Shown: one piece after another, positions 46,813 to 59,847 of the stretch | Numbering within the stretch: position 1 is the stretch's first letter | Layout of the letters: each line of letters opens with the position of its first letter | Assembly (NCBI RefSeq): GCF_001447785.1 | Contig: NW_015175470.1 | Location: 2,545 to 66,544 of the forward strand | Reading direction: 5' to 3' | Length of the DNA: 64,000 nucleotides | Origin: Gekko japonicus | Taxonomy: Eukaryota | The notes under the pieces: model-generated | What the model saw: only the letters and a program-made list of their open reading frames with translations | What the model was told of the DNA's origin: nothing | The model's database searches: none | Made by a program: the position numbers and the translations under genes

Positions 46813-48223
46813 TATTCTTAATATTTCTGTTTAAGAATAAAGCAACAACAAATAAATACAAAGTTAGGAGTGCAAGTGCTCAAACTGACCAGGTTTTACA
46901 ATAGTCTCCTCCCTCCAAAAAAAGTAAAGCAGCAAGTTGTTAAGACCAATTGTAATATTTACCTTCAAAAATGACAGCCTGTATACTTCAATGGAAAGTG
47001 AATGTACATTAATGGAAAGATTAATTGAAATATTGGACATACGGGGACACCATTTTGATTGGGATTAAGGGATTCCTTCTATTTTGTCTCCCTAGGTCTT
47101 AATATTGCATCCATACAATGAGCAAATTTAGAAGCAGGACATAGAATAGTGGAGGATAAGTCTGCTGAAAATGAATGGTAAATGCATCCATTTTTCTTCC
47201 AAAAAGTTTTAATGAGTTCAGCATTTTAAAAGATGGGGGGAAGCTAACTGGTCTAGCTAGCTGGACCCAGCTCTTGCATAATTTTCAAAATCTGAAACTG
47301 ATCCTTTCCACCAAATGTACAGGGACAGAGAAACGAAATGAATGCCTGGTTAAGGACTATCCTGTAAAATGTTATTTGTGACAAATTAGAAAACAAAGGA
47401 CTGCATCCTGCCAGCTATTTTGCTCAGTCTTGTGGAAATCTTCTCCATCTCACATTACATACCTCTGTTTAGAAGACCATTGCTGCTTCACCCTGAACTG
47501 CATACCCCATCACACATGAGTCTTGTCCAAGCAGATCCCATGGAGCCACAGCATAGCCTTTTGTCATAAAAACATAAGAGAAGCCAATGTTGGATCAGGC
47601 CAATGGCCCATCCAGTGCAACACTCTGTCACACAGTGGCCATCAGGAGGTCCAAAGGGGGATCCCTTCTCACTTTTGCACCAACAGAACAAATGACCAGA
47701 TCGAACCCAAATTAGGCAGGGATGTCTCATTGTCCCAGTCATTAGTAATTAATTTTAGTTCAAAATGAAATTATTAAAATGAGGAGAGGTTAAAGGAAGA
47801 CTCTGCACATGGAGTACCTAAAGGAGGGGGTATTGAATGAGGACTTTTCCCTGGATGGCCCAGGCTAGCTTCATATCATCAGATCTTAGAACATGAGCAG
47901 GGTTGGCCCTGGTTAGTATTTGTTGAGAAACCACCCAGGAATTCTAGGGTTGTTATGCAGAAGAAGACAATAGCAGATCACCTTCACCTCTTAATTTAAA
48001 ATACCTACAAGATCACTATAAGTCAGCTGTGACTCTACTGCAGTTTCCACCACCACTGAATGAGGATGGCAGTTTTGGTCTTGGTATTATTTTTAATGAG
48101 CAAATTAGAAATATGATTCATCCTTACCATCCAGTTCTAGAAATGCAGCTTAACTCATTACTCAACAGAGCTGTACTTTCCATTTCCTTCAACAGGCTTA
48201 ATGTAATTTGTAGCGAGTGCAAA

Positions 48224-49159
48224 ATGTCCAACAACGCTTCAAGATCTGACTTTCTGCTCCTGGAATTCTCAGAGGTTTGGGAACTACAGATTCTGCACTT
48301 TCTTGTGTTCCTTGTATTGTATGTGACAACTCTTACTGGGAATCTTATCATCATATTTACAATAGCCTTTGATCATCACCTGCACACCCCCATGTACTTC
48401 TTTCTGATGAACTTGGCCATGCAGGACCTTGGCCAAATTTCAGTCATTGTCCCCAAATCCATGATGAATTCCCTCATGAATACTAGACATATTTCCTTCT
48501 CTGGGTGTGTTACTCAAGTTTTCTTGTTTGTTTCCTTTATAGCATCTGATATTTTCCTCCTCACAGCCATGGCGTACGATCGGTATGTTGCCATTTGCAA
48601 TCCATTCCAATATGAAATGATAATGAACATGAGAGATTGCATTAAAATGGTTGGCACCACATGGATCAGCGGTCTTCTCTATGGAGCATTGCACACCAGT
48701 GGTACCTTCACAATTTCCTTCTGCTCTAACATTGTTAATCAGTTCTTCTGTGAAATACCACAGTTACTTAAGCTTGCTTGTTCTGATTCATACCGAATTG
48801 AGCTTGTGGCAGTTGTGTTAAGTATTATCCTATTGTTTGGCTGCTTTATCTTCATTATCGTAACTTATATACACATCTTCATTGTGGTGCTTAGAATCCC
48901 TTCTGTGCAGGGAAGAAAAAAAGCCTTCTCGACATGTCTTCCCCACCTCACGGTCTTCTCCACCTTAGTATTCACTGCATCCTTTGCCTACCTGATGCCA
49001 ACCTTGAAAACCCCATCCCATCTTGATTTAGCATTATCTGTGATATATTCCATGATTTCACCCTTGCTAAATCCTTTGATCTACAGCATGAGAAACCAAG
49101 AGATCAAAGTTGGCATGAAAAAACTATTCAGATTAAATTATCCTTCTAACAGTACATGA
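48224..49159 (+). CDS. Olfactory receptor, group gamma (OR14-like, different subfamily from the others), 311 aa, intact
   Basis: MSNNASRSDFLLLEFS, LHTPMYFFLMNLA, MAYDRYVAICNPFQY, FFCEIPQLLKLAC, KAFSTCLPHL, PLLNPLIYSMRNQ. Acceptor TCCTTCAACAG ends at 48195. Confidence 0.95.
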   Translation: MSNNASRSDFLLLEFSEVWELQILHFLVFLVLYVTTLTGNLIIIFTIAFDHHLHTPMYFFLMNLAMQDLGQISVIVPKSMMNSLMNTRHISFSGCVTQVFLFVSFIASDIFLLTAMAYDRYVAICNPFQYEMIMNMRDCIKMVGTTWISGLLYGALHTSGTFTISFCSNIVNQFFCEIPQLLKLACSDSYRIELVAVVLSIILLFGCFIFIIVTYIHIFIVVLRIPSVQGRKKAFSTCLPHLTVFSTLVFTASFAYLMPTLKTPSHLDLALSVIYSMISPLLNPLIYSMRNQEIKVGMKKLFRLNYPSNST

Positions 49160-49949
49160 TGTGGCTTAACGGTACATGCGAACTGAAAGCTGTATGTGTG
49201 AAGAAAATGGTTCCCTAAAAACTTTGGTCATTTAAAAAACCTTTGGTTCAGGCCTCAAAATGTGGCCTAGACAGAGTTCCCAGAGACAGAAGAGACACAG
49301 CTGAGTGAAGCAAGCTGACCTTGTTATTTTAAGATAACCCGCAGCTGTGCAGAGGAGGAAGCGCCTAGCACCAACTTCCAGCACCAACTAATTGAAGTCT
49401 ATGGGTTTCACCTGTGGGAAAGGGGCTGAGACAAATCTGCAGTAAGTTTCATTTCTTTCCATGCTGATCAAGTCACTCTATAGGTAATTTGCCCAGTAAC
49501 AGAGAGTTACATCACCTCTAAGGGTTTTCATTGGTTCTTCAGGCCTGGAACCACATTGGACCCTTACCCATAAGAATGTTAGTTTTCAGTTAGCCGGTGT
49601 CTGTGACTGTGCGCTATACACCATGCAGTTGTTATTATGCTCCTGGCAGCCATCTTGATTGCTTGCTCGAGAGGGCCAAACAGCTTGCTGGCTCTGGCTA
49701 ACTCTCTCTCGAGAGAGAGAACTGCCTTGATGCTGAGAACCTTCAGCCTGAGATGGAATAACATCGGGTAATTTGGAACCCTTGTACTACTGTGCTGGCT
49801 AATATTTTTATTCTTATATTTCTTCTTTTCCCTAACAATCATGATTTTTAAAATAATATTCTTTGCACCTTAATAAAAAAATTAAATTGCACTTGCTTGT
49901 GGTTTTTGCCTTCAACTGACCTCAATCTAATTCTAGTGTTTTAAATCCA

Positions 49950-52650
49950 GTGATCACCTACCAGGTAACTTGTCCTTTGTTGGGGGAAACTTATCCTGCA
50001 GGCCCACCCTGCAGGATTGATTTCCTTGTTAATCTCCCTGAAAGGCTGGGAGACTTGCCCTTTTGCTCCTAAGCTTTTGGGATAGATACAAAGGGCTTGT
50101 GGTAGCCTACTACACTGGTGTGTGGATAGCCACACATTGGAGGTTTTTGTAATTGTGTGGTGCTGCTGCCCATCTACCCAAAAGTCCTTAGCCAAGTTGG
50201 AGTTCCAGAGTGTGCTGATGTCACTGATCAGATGATGCTCCAGCATGCCTGTCAGTGTCAGTTTCTCCCACAGCCGACCGGTTATCTTTCGCACTGTGGG
50301 AAAAGTGACCCGTGATGTGCTGGCATTTCTGGAGGAGATGTCAGAACTTGTGTGTTGCAGCAACCCAGTTGGGACTCCCTGTGGACCCCTGCCCCAAAGC
50401 ATCCTTAACCACAAGGTGGAGAAGGTGGGGCACACAGTAAATGCATGTGAGGCCCAATCACTTTGCCTCTGCCTTCATATTTGAGCCGCCATCGGTCACC
50501 ATGTAGCCTATGGAGAGGTCCCTGCCTACCCATGCCATTAACTGTCTCTCAAAGGTGGCTGAGATTCTGTCTGCCATGAGTGGCCCATTGATCTCCTCAG
50601 CATGCAGCAGAGCCTGGTGACAGCTGGACTAGTGGACCTGACCCTGCCTATCTCTAGTCCCCCCACCCAGAATGTTGCCATTTTCCTATCAGTGCACAGT
50701 CAACGACTGATACATGTTGTGTGCATGAGGCGAGGTCCAGATTTTGGATGTGAAGGGCACAGTTCTCCAGAAAACATGGGATAATGGCACATTCACAGTG
50801 TCCTTGACAGCCCTGTACAATGAGGGCACCACTGTCCTGCTCAGTATGGTGTGAGCAGGGGGCATGTACCAGGGATAGGTATCCTAGTACAGCCTGTGAA
50901 AAGATGTGTTCTCCATGATGGAGAAGGGTAGCTCTGAAGCTACCATTTTGGCAATGAGGCAAGGGACCCCCTTATTTGCCTACTGTCCCCCCAGGCACCA
51001 TAGTGCCACCCTCACCAAGCTTCTCTGCTAGGGAAGGCACTGGAGGTGGTCACAAGACAACTCGCCTCCTGGCTGGCTGGTGGTAGCAACCTGGGCAACC
51101 CAGCAGCATTCTCCCCCCACACCCACACACCACCACAAAGAAGCACCAACTGGTGGTGCTTCTTCATATGGTTCTGGAAGTCATGAGATGCCAGAGGTCT
51201 TTCCCATGACTGATATGGGCCCTACACAGCTGGCACTGTGCAAAGCAGGGATTCTCCATCAGCTTGAAGTGCTTCCAGAAACTGGAAGTGAATGGGCACC
51301 CTCGCTGACCAACAGCTGCAGGCACCCCTGCTGCCTCCTTTGAGGAGCTCAGGGCAGTCACACCATATCTTGGGGAGCCAGGAAGAGATGGCTGACAGGG
51401 GAAAGGGGTTGATATGCCAACACTTCAGGATGCACCTTCATCTCTTCGTCTTTTGCCTCCTGCAGCCTCCCCTCCTGTCCCTCCTCTGGAGGCCTGCTGG
51501 AACTGGGAGGAGCTGGAGCGGTCAGCTGGAGTTCACCCAGCCTCTCTCCCATCTCCACCATAAGCCTCTCAGCCCCTGGGGTGAGCTCCAGAGCTGTAAA
51601 ACTCTCCTCCCCAAGGCTTACCCTAAAAGACATCTCAGGCAGCTCCTCCTCCTGCTGAGCCTCGTCAAAAACAGCTTGAGAAGGGGTTGCCTGAGCAGTA
51701 GACCCCTGATCAGTGCCAGCACCTGCGGGCACCTATTGGGGGGGGGGCATCTTTGCAGCAGCCTCAATGAAGAGGACTATATGTGGCTTCTTCATTGCAC
51801 CACTATGGCCAAAGGTCCCTGGTTAAGGTTTAATAAGCTGTCCTTGAGATGGAATGAAACCTTTTTTTAAAAAAAACTTTAGGGATCTTTATTAAACTTC
51901 TCCTAACTAGATTCTCTTGGAACAAGCCAGATTTATAAAGAATAGGGTGAAATGGGTGACTTCCAGGCCTATAGCCAGAATTTATTTTTTTATTGGGGAG
52001 GATGAGTACAGTGGTAAAGAACACAACATAAGAGGGAGAACACTATGATGAAGTGCAAAGTCTCTACATGGGATCATTCTACAAAGAAGGGGCTGCCATT
52101 CCAGTCCCAGAGCGCAGATTCTATTACTAGGGAATCTCATCTCACTCTGTGCCCTGTCATTCCACTCCCAGAATGTTTATGCTACTCCCAGGTACTGTCA
52201 TTCCACTCTGTGCTTTGTCATTCCAGTCCCAGAGTACAGATTCTATTGCTAGGGAGCATCATTCTACTCTGGGTGCTGTCATTCGAGTCCCAGAGCACTA
52301 TTCCTATTCCTAGGGACCGTCATTCAGTCCCAGAGTAGTCTATCTGGGCCCAGAGACTTTAATACAAAATCCATTCCGCATTTTCTTTGCAACCTCTTTT
52401 ATGCTGCAATGTATTTGGAGCCCATGCAAGTCAACTGGCATCCTAGCTCCAGTTATCTCCAGTGGGGCTTCAAGCCTCTTCCATGGTTTCAAGTGGGCAA
52501 TCCTGTCATTCCTTTTAGTACATCCATCTTGGGGTGCCCACAGCCAGACACTCTGCTCCTCTGGAGCTGGGTATTCCTGTTCCCCGGAGTATGCAGCTCG
52601 CACCTCGCTAGGAAGTAAAGGGGGGGGGGACAAAAACAGAAAAGACATGG
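49950..52650 (-). mobile_element. Possible highly degenerate PIF/Harbinger transposon remnant
   Basis: Minus-strand pieces LVRVALWCLG, FSQAVLGYLSLVHAP...LIVQGCQGH, FLENCAL and ATFERQLMAW occur in the order of Harbinger transposase motifs. Weak, by-eye match. Confidence 0.35.
52090..52340. repeat. Degenerate minisatellite (~59-bp unit, ~4 copies)
   Basis: Recurrent GTCATTCCAGTCCCAGAG...TTCTATT.CTAGGGA. Confidence 0.75.
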
Positions 52651-53287
52651 CTATTTAGTGAGGGAGGGCAAGATAAATTAAGGGTGGGACATTGCCTGTT
52701 GTCAGCCCCCCCCCCCCGCTACAGGCCTGCTATATTAGTGGATGATGAGGATGTTGCCAGCAAAGGCCAGTTATATTGGGTTAAGACAATTGGTAAAACC
52801 TGTGATCAGCAGCAGATTAGCATACAGCCTAATAAAATACTTTACAAACAGATGAGTGAACTGAATGACGTTAGCATGTATATAGATTCAGGTGGGTAGC
52901 TGTGTTGGTCTGGAGCAATAGAACAAAGTTTGAGTCCAGTGACACCTTTAAGACCAACAAAGTTTAATTCTGGGTATCCTTAGTCACATACAATACCAAA
53001 TATTTTAAATCATTCTCACCATGACCCTCTTTGAGAAAATGCTCTGTAAGTGAAGTGAAGTTTTTATTTTTCATACAACATTGGCCATTGTACAGGCGGA
53101 GGAATGATATAAAGTTATTTTTTGGTTTCCTGGTAGATTAAAAATGGAGCCTTCTGATGTTATCGAACAAATTTTGCACCTTTTGCATTTGAAATGGCCA
53201 CTAGGGGGCAGTTCTGTCTTTTTATCACATTTGTCTCTCTCTTCTTTTGAAGATTACATTTTCAGAGCACTTATTAAGAATTGCAAC

Positions 53288-53493
53288 CAGTGTTCCCTCG
53301 AAACCAAATTAGTGTGAGCTAGCTCACATTTTGTTAGCCTCTGGCTCACACATTTTTGTCTTAGCTCAGGAAAGATGGCTCCAGAGTAAACTAATTTATG
53401 CAGTAGCCAAATTACTTGCTCACAACTTTAATGCCAGTAGCTCACAAAGTAGAATTTTTGCTCACAAGACTCCACAGCTTAGAGGGAGCATTG
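53288..53493. mobile_element. hAT MITE (family copy 2)
   Basis: Same 206-bp element as 33382, with 8-bp TSD ATTGCAAC. Confidence 0.9.
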
Positions 53494-56400
53494 ATTGCAA
53501 CCCATTTTGTCTAAAAGCCTTCATCATTCCTGAACATTGCCGGGGAGTTGTAAAGTCTTGATCCTCCAGGAATTTTGTTTTCTCTACAGTACCTCATTAA
53601 GGAGGATGCATGAAGTTTTAACCTTACATCTTTCTTTTTAAAATATTGTAATTGACTCCAATCATTACAACTATCCCCTTCCACATTTCCAAATGAAACT
53701 GGCAATTCTGTTAATAGTCTGATTTTATCCTCCTCAGAGTAAGCAAATATCTATGCATTTATAAAAAAGATGTTAACACTACTTATGAAATATTTATAAA
53801 ACTGTTTACACTAAATGTAATAATCATATCACGGTTGTATGTAGTTTGACTGTCTCACCTGGAAGTTGGCAACATTAGTTCCCCTGCAGGAAAGGATTGC
53901 TTTGGAGGGTGGAGTCTATGACATTATATATGTCTGAAGTCCCTCCCCACCTCAATCCCCACCATCCTCAGGCTCCACCCCTTAAATATCCAGGAGTTTC
54001 CCAACCTAGAGTTGGTATCTCTATCTCCTTCCCACTGCCTTCTACTCAAGCTCTGATCCGCAAGCATATTTTGCTTGATTTTATCTCATTTTAAACTGTT
54101 GTAGCTGGTCTTTTAGTGGCTGTAAATCCTTTGTAGCTTTGCGGGTTGTTGATCTTTTAAAGTGTGTTTTCCCCGGTTTTATTAGCCACAGAGTGGTTTG
54201 TTTTAGCAGCTCCGCTGGGCAGTGTTCCAACACGGCTCGCCTGCTTTCGTGGAAATTGCCTAATGCTTAGTTCAGTCTTACTGGTTTGCTCTTTTTCTTT
54301 TGTCTTTTTGAAATTCTGTTGATTGTTCCTCAGCCTAGATTTAGTTGGATGATGATGTAACGGCTAGTGGCTTTGTTTTGAGGAGATTGTTTTAAATCTT
54401 GTTAAATCGGTTAATTAAGCTGTGTCCTAGTTGAGCTTGCTAGCCTCTATTTCTCTCATCATTTTTGAATGATGTGTTTTGCTAGACTAAGGCTGGCCTT
54501 GGTTTATTTAGATAGCTCAGCTTGTTTTTATTCTGTTGCTTTACAGGCGATCTCCATCAATAAATAAAAAGAGACTCAGCGTAGGAGTTTTTAACCTTAA
54601 AATACATTTTATGGAATTGCCCTCTAGGGTTCACTTTTTTATATTTGACTATTATGTTTTAAATTAGGTTTCCATTATTATTAGCTTTGTTTTTTGCTCC
54701 ATAAGAGTCATAATTAGTATTCATCTAACACATTTACTAGAGTACAAGCAAATCCAGCGGCTCCAGGTAGATTTAGATTAATTACATTAATCAGCTGACC
54801 AACTGCAACAACTATGAGGAAGAAAAGAGCAGTACCCTTGGAGGGATACATGCTGGTTTGTAAACAGAGTAGAATGGAAGAGGGTTTTTTTAAAAAAACA
54901 AAAAAGCCCTCACCAACAACAATCTCTAATAGATTTGACTGTTTAGCTAATGAATCCTCAGCTCCTTGTAATTTTAATGACCTCTGAGTATGTTCTCAAG
55001 AGGACCCTCCAATCAACATGGAAGCCTTTGAGGAGATTTTGAGAAAAAATGCTACCACAAATAAGAGACCAGAGACATTCGCTCTGTTAACATCTCAGAC
55101 TCTTCTAGTCTCAGAAACTTTACAAAAATATTTGAAAGGATTGATCTACTCACTAAGCAGATTGGTACTCTTTTACATAAACCATGTGGGAAGGAATGCT
55201 CCGTCCCTGAAGTCAAGAGGTTTTCAGAACAACCATTGCCACCTTCATCCTTATATAACACTGCTATTGGTAAGGGGCTGACTGAGGAGAAAGAGAGGGA
55301 AAGGATGGATGGAGAATCCAAGGGCAATATTGGTATCTCTCATCCTGTCCTCCCATCACTGACCTTGGAACTTAACAAAACTGCTAATTTACAATATCTT
55401 ACTCATGCTTTGATATATATACCCAAGCACCTTGGATTAAAGATGCCAAGCTTACTCATATAAAGGACCTGCCACCTGCTGAGAATGAGCCTCCGACAAA
55501 ACATCCCCTTTCCACCCACCAGCCAACCTACCTTTATCTGCCACTCTTCAGCTTTCCATTACCTTTTCCCTTGTAGCTTCTACCGAGGAAAACTGCAGTC
55601 TTTCTCCACAGTGGGGACAAAAGCAGTCTACATTATTCTCTCTTCCTTTTTATCTACCCAACAACCCCATGAGATAGGTTAGGCTGAAAGTATGTGACTG
55701 GTCCAAAATAACCCAATGAGCTTCCACAGCAAGATGGGGATCTAAACCTGGGTCTCACAAACCCTACTCTGAAGCTCTGACCATTATACTGCACTGACTT
55801 TCATAGGGTGGCAGCTGTGGAACAATAGCAAGCAGCCAGGCCTAGCTGAATCATGCAAGTCAGGTGGTATCAAGTCAACCAGAGGGTGCTACTAGGCCTA
55901 GGTTTGCCAGCCTCCAGGTAGGACCTGGAGATTCCCCCAGAATTACAACTGAACTGCAGAAAACAGAGATCTGTCCCCCTGGAGAAAAGGAGTGGACTGT
56001 GGCATTATATCTAGCTGAGGCCTCTCCCCTCCCCAAACTCTGCACTCCTCAGACTTCACCACAGAATCACCAGGACTTTCCCAACCTGTAGCAGGCAATC
56101 CTAGTCCCTGGCCTGACTCCAAACCCCTGCTGTTTAGCCATTCATACTGCAGGAGGAATCCTCCCCTATCGGAGCTCCAGTTCTGCTTTCTGCTGCCTCC
56201 CCTTTCTGTCTCTCAGCTAGTCTACCTCTCACTGTCAATGTGGTGGGGCCTTGAGGTGGCCATTTCAGAAAATATTTGGGGGGGGGGGTTTCAATCCTCC
56301 CTCAGGGTTCTCTTTTTACTTTTATTGGTTTTTCTGCAGTCCCAGGGGCTCACCAGAGTCTGTAGAAAAATCTGTTGGGGAGAATGTGCCCCCTATCTGT

Positions 56401-57555
56401 GGAAATAAGTATCACATGTAGAGGGGACTGTTGATAAATAGTTATATAGATTACAAGCAGCACCATGTGCAAGACTGGAAAAGGAGAAATTCAGACAGAG
56501 AAGCAGACAGCCACAGCAGAGGGGTGAGATGGAGCACACGGTGGAATCTCTCTCTCTTTCTCAGGACGAGATGTGAGGTTGGGATATGCTGTCCTGTAAG
56601 AATGCCCGTGCCCTTCTATTTGTACATAAAACAAATACCCTCTACATTATAAGACTACACTACTTTCTCCTTCTAAGGGAACCCAACCCTGATGAGTATC
56701 CTCGCTGCTTGTAGAAGTGGGGTGAGTGGAACAACAGCAGGAGTCTCTCAGTGCAGGCAGCCAAAAACATGGGTACTCCTCCAGAGTAATTACCTCTCAT
56801 CTAAAGCTCAGGTGGGAGCTGTTCCTGCCACTCCTGTTGCCACAGTTTCTTCAATGCTCTTGTCTCTAAAGCAGATTATGAACTTCGAGGCACAAAGCTC
56901 AGCCAGGAAGGCAGGCAGGACTAGAGGAACTGGCAAGTGCACAAAAGGCTGCCACTCACCAGTGTGAACAAAGAGAAAGCAACTGCAACTGAACCTCACC
57001 CAACAAAACCAGGGCAGGGATTTTCCCCAAGACTCTTGCCAGGAAATACTTGTTTTCTTGGGGTAAGGTCTTGCAAAATCCTCAAACTTCCCTGCTCCCC
57101 CTCCCTTTTCTGCCACTCTTCTCCAGCTCATAAATGTCTGAGGGTGACCGAGGATTTCCCCACTGTGTTCCAAGCATCAGGAAGACTCTGCAGTTCCCTT
57201 ATCCAGATGCTGCAGCAGCTGTAGCTGGACTCAACAACAGAAGGGGAGAGGAACCACAGGAGACGACTGGGTGTGAAAGGTAAGTTTCAGTTTCAATGCA
57301 AGTGTTTGCTATGGTCCCCCACCCCCAAGCCTTGAAGAGTTCTCAGAAAGCGCTTCTGCTTTGGAATTAGTGCCACATTCAAGTGTTTGCAGTCACCTGT
57401 GCAAGAATGTGATGCAATGTCTAGGAAAAGCTATTCACTCTGTCCTTTTTCTTTATCTCTGTCTCTCCATCCCTCCCCACTTTGTTGACACAACAAAATG
57501 ATTGCAGATGACAGATTAGGATATCAGGGCCAAAGTAGACATTCCACACAAACAA

Positions 57556-57785
57556 GAGCCAGTGTAATGCAGTGGTTAGAGTACTGACTAGGCTTGGGGA
57601 AACCCAGGTTTGAATCCTCACTCTGCCATGAAAGCTTAAAGCTTACTGGGTGACTGTGGACCATCACGTACTCTCAGCCTAACCTACCTCACAGGGTTGT
57701 TGTGATGAGGACAAAAAGGAGGAAGGGAGAGTGATGTTGTAAGCTGCTTCGGGTTCCCATTGGGGAGGGAAGTGGGGTATCAATA
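57556..57785 (+). mobile_element. Older tRNA-derived (Squam3/MIR-like) SINE
   Basis: GAGCCAGTGTAATGCAGTGGTTAGAG...GGTTTGAATCC head and CTCAGCCTAACCTACCTCACAGGGTTGTTGTG core. Confidence 0.7.
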
Positions 57786-59847
57786 ACAGAACCAAACAAA
57801 CAAATGGGTGTAATGTTTCTCCAATGGCCCATAGAGAAAGACACTTCCAGGCTCAAGCAGCTGCCAAATTCCCTCAAAGCTGGGGAAAAGCTGGTTGTGG
57901 GGGAGGATTTGGAGTGCAGAAACTCTGGTGGGGACAAAGTCAACAGTTGTCCTCCTCCATTTTACTTTCCAGGCAGCAGGGGTTTTTTTCCATTCAAGAA
58001 AGTCTCTAATAGAGAGTAGTAGCAGGTACTTGGGATATCTGGGGCCCCAAACACCAAAGGAACTATTTGCTATCACAAGAAACAATAGATAAATGCAGCC
58101 AACAAACAGAACTTTCCCAAACACATTCCATAGACATTTTGCATGGATTTAACACAAGAATCTCCCACTTTAAATAAAGGCGAAACTTGTGCACATTAGA
58201 TGAGGGGGATCTATTACTTTAGCAATGTTATACACCTTCCGCAGTGCTCTGTTTACTTTCCAGGCATTCTGATTGGATTCATGATTACTCTAAGCTGCTT
58301 GTCATTCTGTAGGCAGGACGCTGCCAAATGACTGGGTGTAGGATGACAGCCTAAACTAGAACATCAGGTTTCGTCCACTGGTGAGATTGGTCAAGTGAGC
58401 TAAGAGGCAGTACTTGGCCAGTGCACAGAAGATGGGGAGAGGCAGCCCTAGAAAGCAAGGAAAGCCAAGTCATAATCACAGTGGGGGTCTCTGGCCAGCT
58501 GCACAGCGCTGTGGTCCCAGCATTGTGGGTTAGCCAGCAACTGCTCACCAGCAGAGCACAGAGCCAGCTTTTCACTGCCTCCGACACCCTCTAGTAAGGA
58601 CATGGATTCCTCTTCTGCCAAATGTTTTCCCATGCTCCTCCTCACTGGCTGTATCAGTTCATTTAAAGGGGGAAAGCAAACTGAGGTGGAAAAATGTAAA
58701 CCCACATTTGTGTTTTTCAAATTATAGTGAAACTGCAGTTGTGCAGAAGGATCTCAGTTGACTCCATAGTGTGAGTGTTAATTCTTAGACGTTAACTTGC
58801 AGGTTTATCACATCATTACTCTAGATATTACTTACGATTGTTGGAAGTGCTCTTCCTCAGCTTGGATTTTTGCCAGTCTTGTATTCCCTATATGTTTATT
58901 GCTTTACTGGCCAACCCTCCCATCCCAAAAAAAACCCAAACCCTCTGAAATATGCAAGTGCATTTTTCAAATTGTATTTTTAATGGTACATTAAATTAGA
59001 AACTGTGACATTGTTATTTAAGACAGAAAAAATGAGACGACCTTTCTAAAGTCCTAACGTGAATGATGACGGGTGATTTACAATTGTTTGAAATAATAAC
59101 AAAGCCTTCGGGGGGGTAGGGTGGGATATAAATCCAAAAATAAATAAATAAATAAAAAGTAATCCAAGTGCATACTAAAATATTTGCCAGCAGTTTCAAT
59201 CTCACAATCATTCACTCCATGGACTGGGGGGAAAGTTAATAAATGTTAAGAGCACTTGACTTTTGAGACATTCTTTCAAAATAGGGTTGCCATTCTCCAG
59301 GCAGTGGCTGGAGATATCCAGCTATTGCAGCTGATCTCCAGGCAACAGAACTCTGTTCACCTGGAGCAAATGGCCACTTTGGAAGTTGAACTCTATGGCA
59401 TTATGCCCCAAACTCTGCCCTTCTGAGGCTCCACCCCCAAAATCTCCAGATATTTCCCAACCTGGAGCTGGCAATCCTATTTCAAAACCATTATAGAGCA
59501 GAGTGTTTTCAACATACCAGCTGTTTGTGCAATGGGGCAGTCAAAATACTGGACATTCCAGTTAAAGTTGCACAGAGTCTTTTTGCTGGAGTGTGTATGT
59601 GTCTGTGAGTGTGTGAAGTGTCGTCAAGTCACAGCTGACTTATGGTGACATCAGCAAGGGGCTTTCAAGGCACGTGAGGAGCAGAGGTGGTTTGCCATTG
59701 CCTTCCTCTGCAGAGTCTTCCTTGGAGATCTCCTTTCTAAGTACTGACCTTTCTTATTTCCCAAGATCTGACAAGATCAGGCTGTACCATTCAGCCTTTT
59801 CTCCTTGCGGGCCTAAATTTAACCTCTCTCCGGATATATACATTTGA

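Noticed and set aside
52090-52340. Repeat-spacer-like pattern resembling a CRISPR array
   Set aside because: Vertebrate DNA, the intervening segments are themselves similar to each other, and there are no cas genes. It is a degenerate minisatellite.
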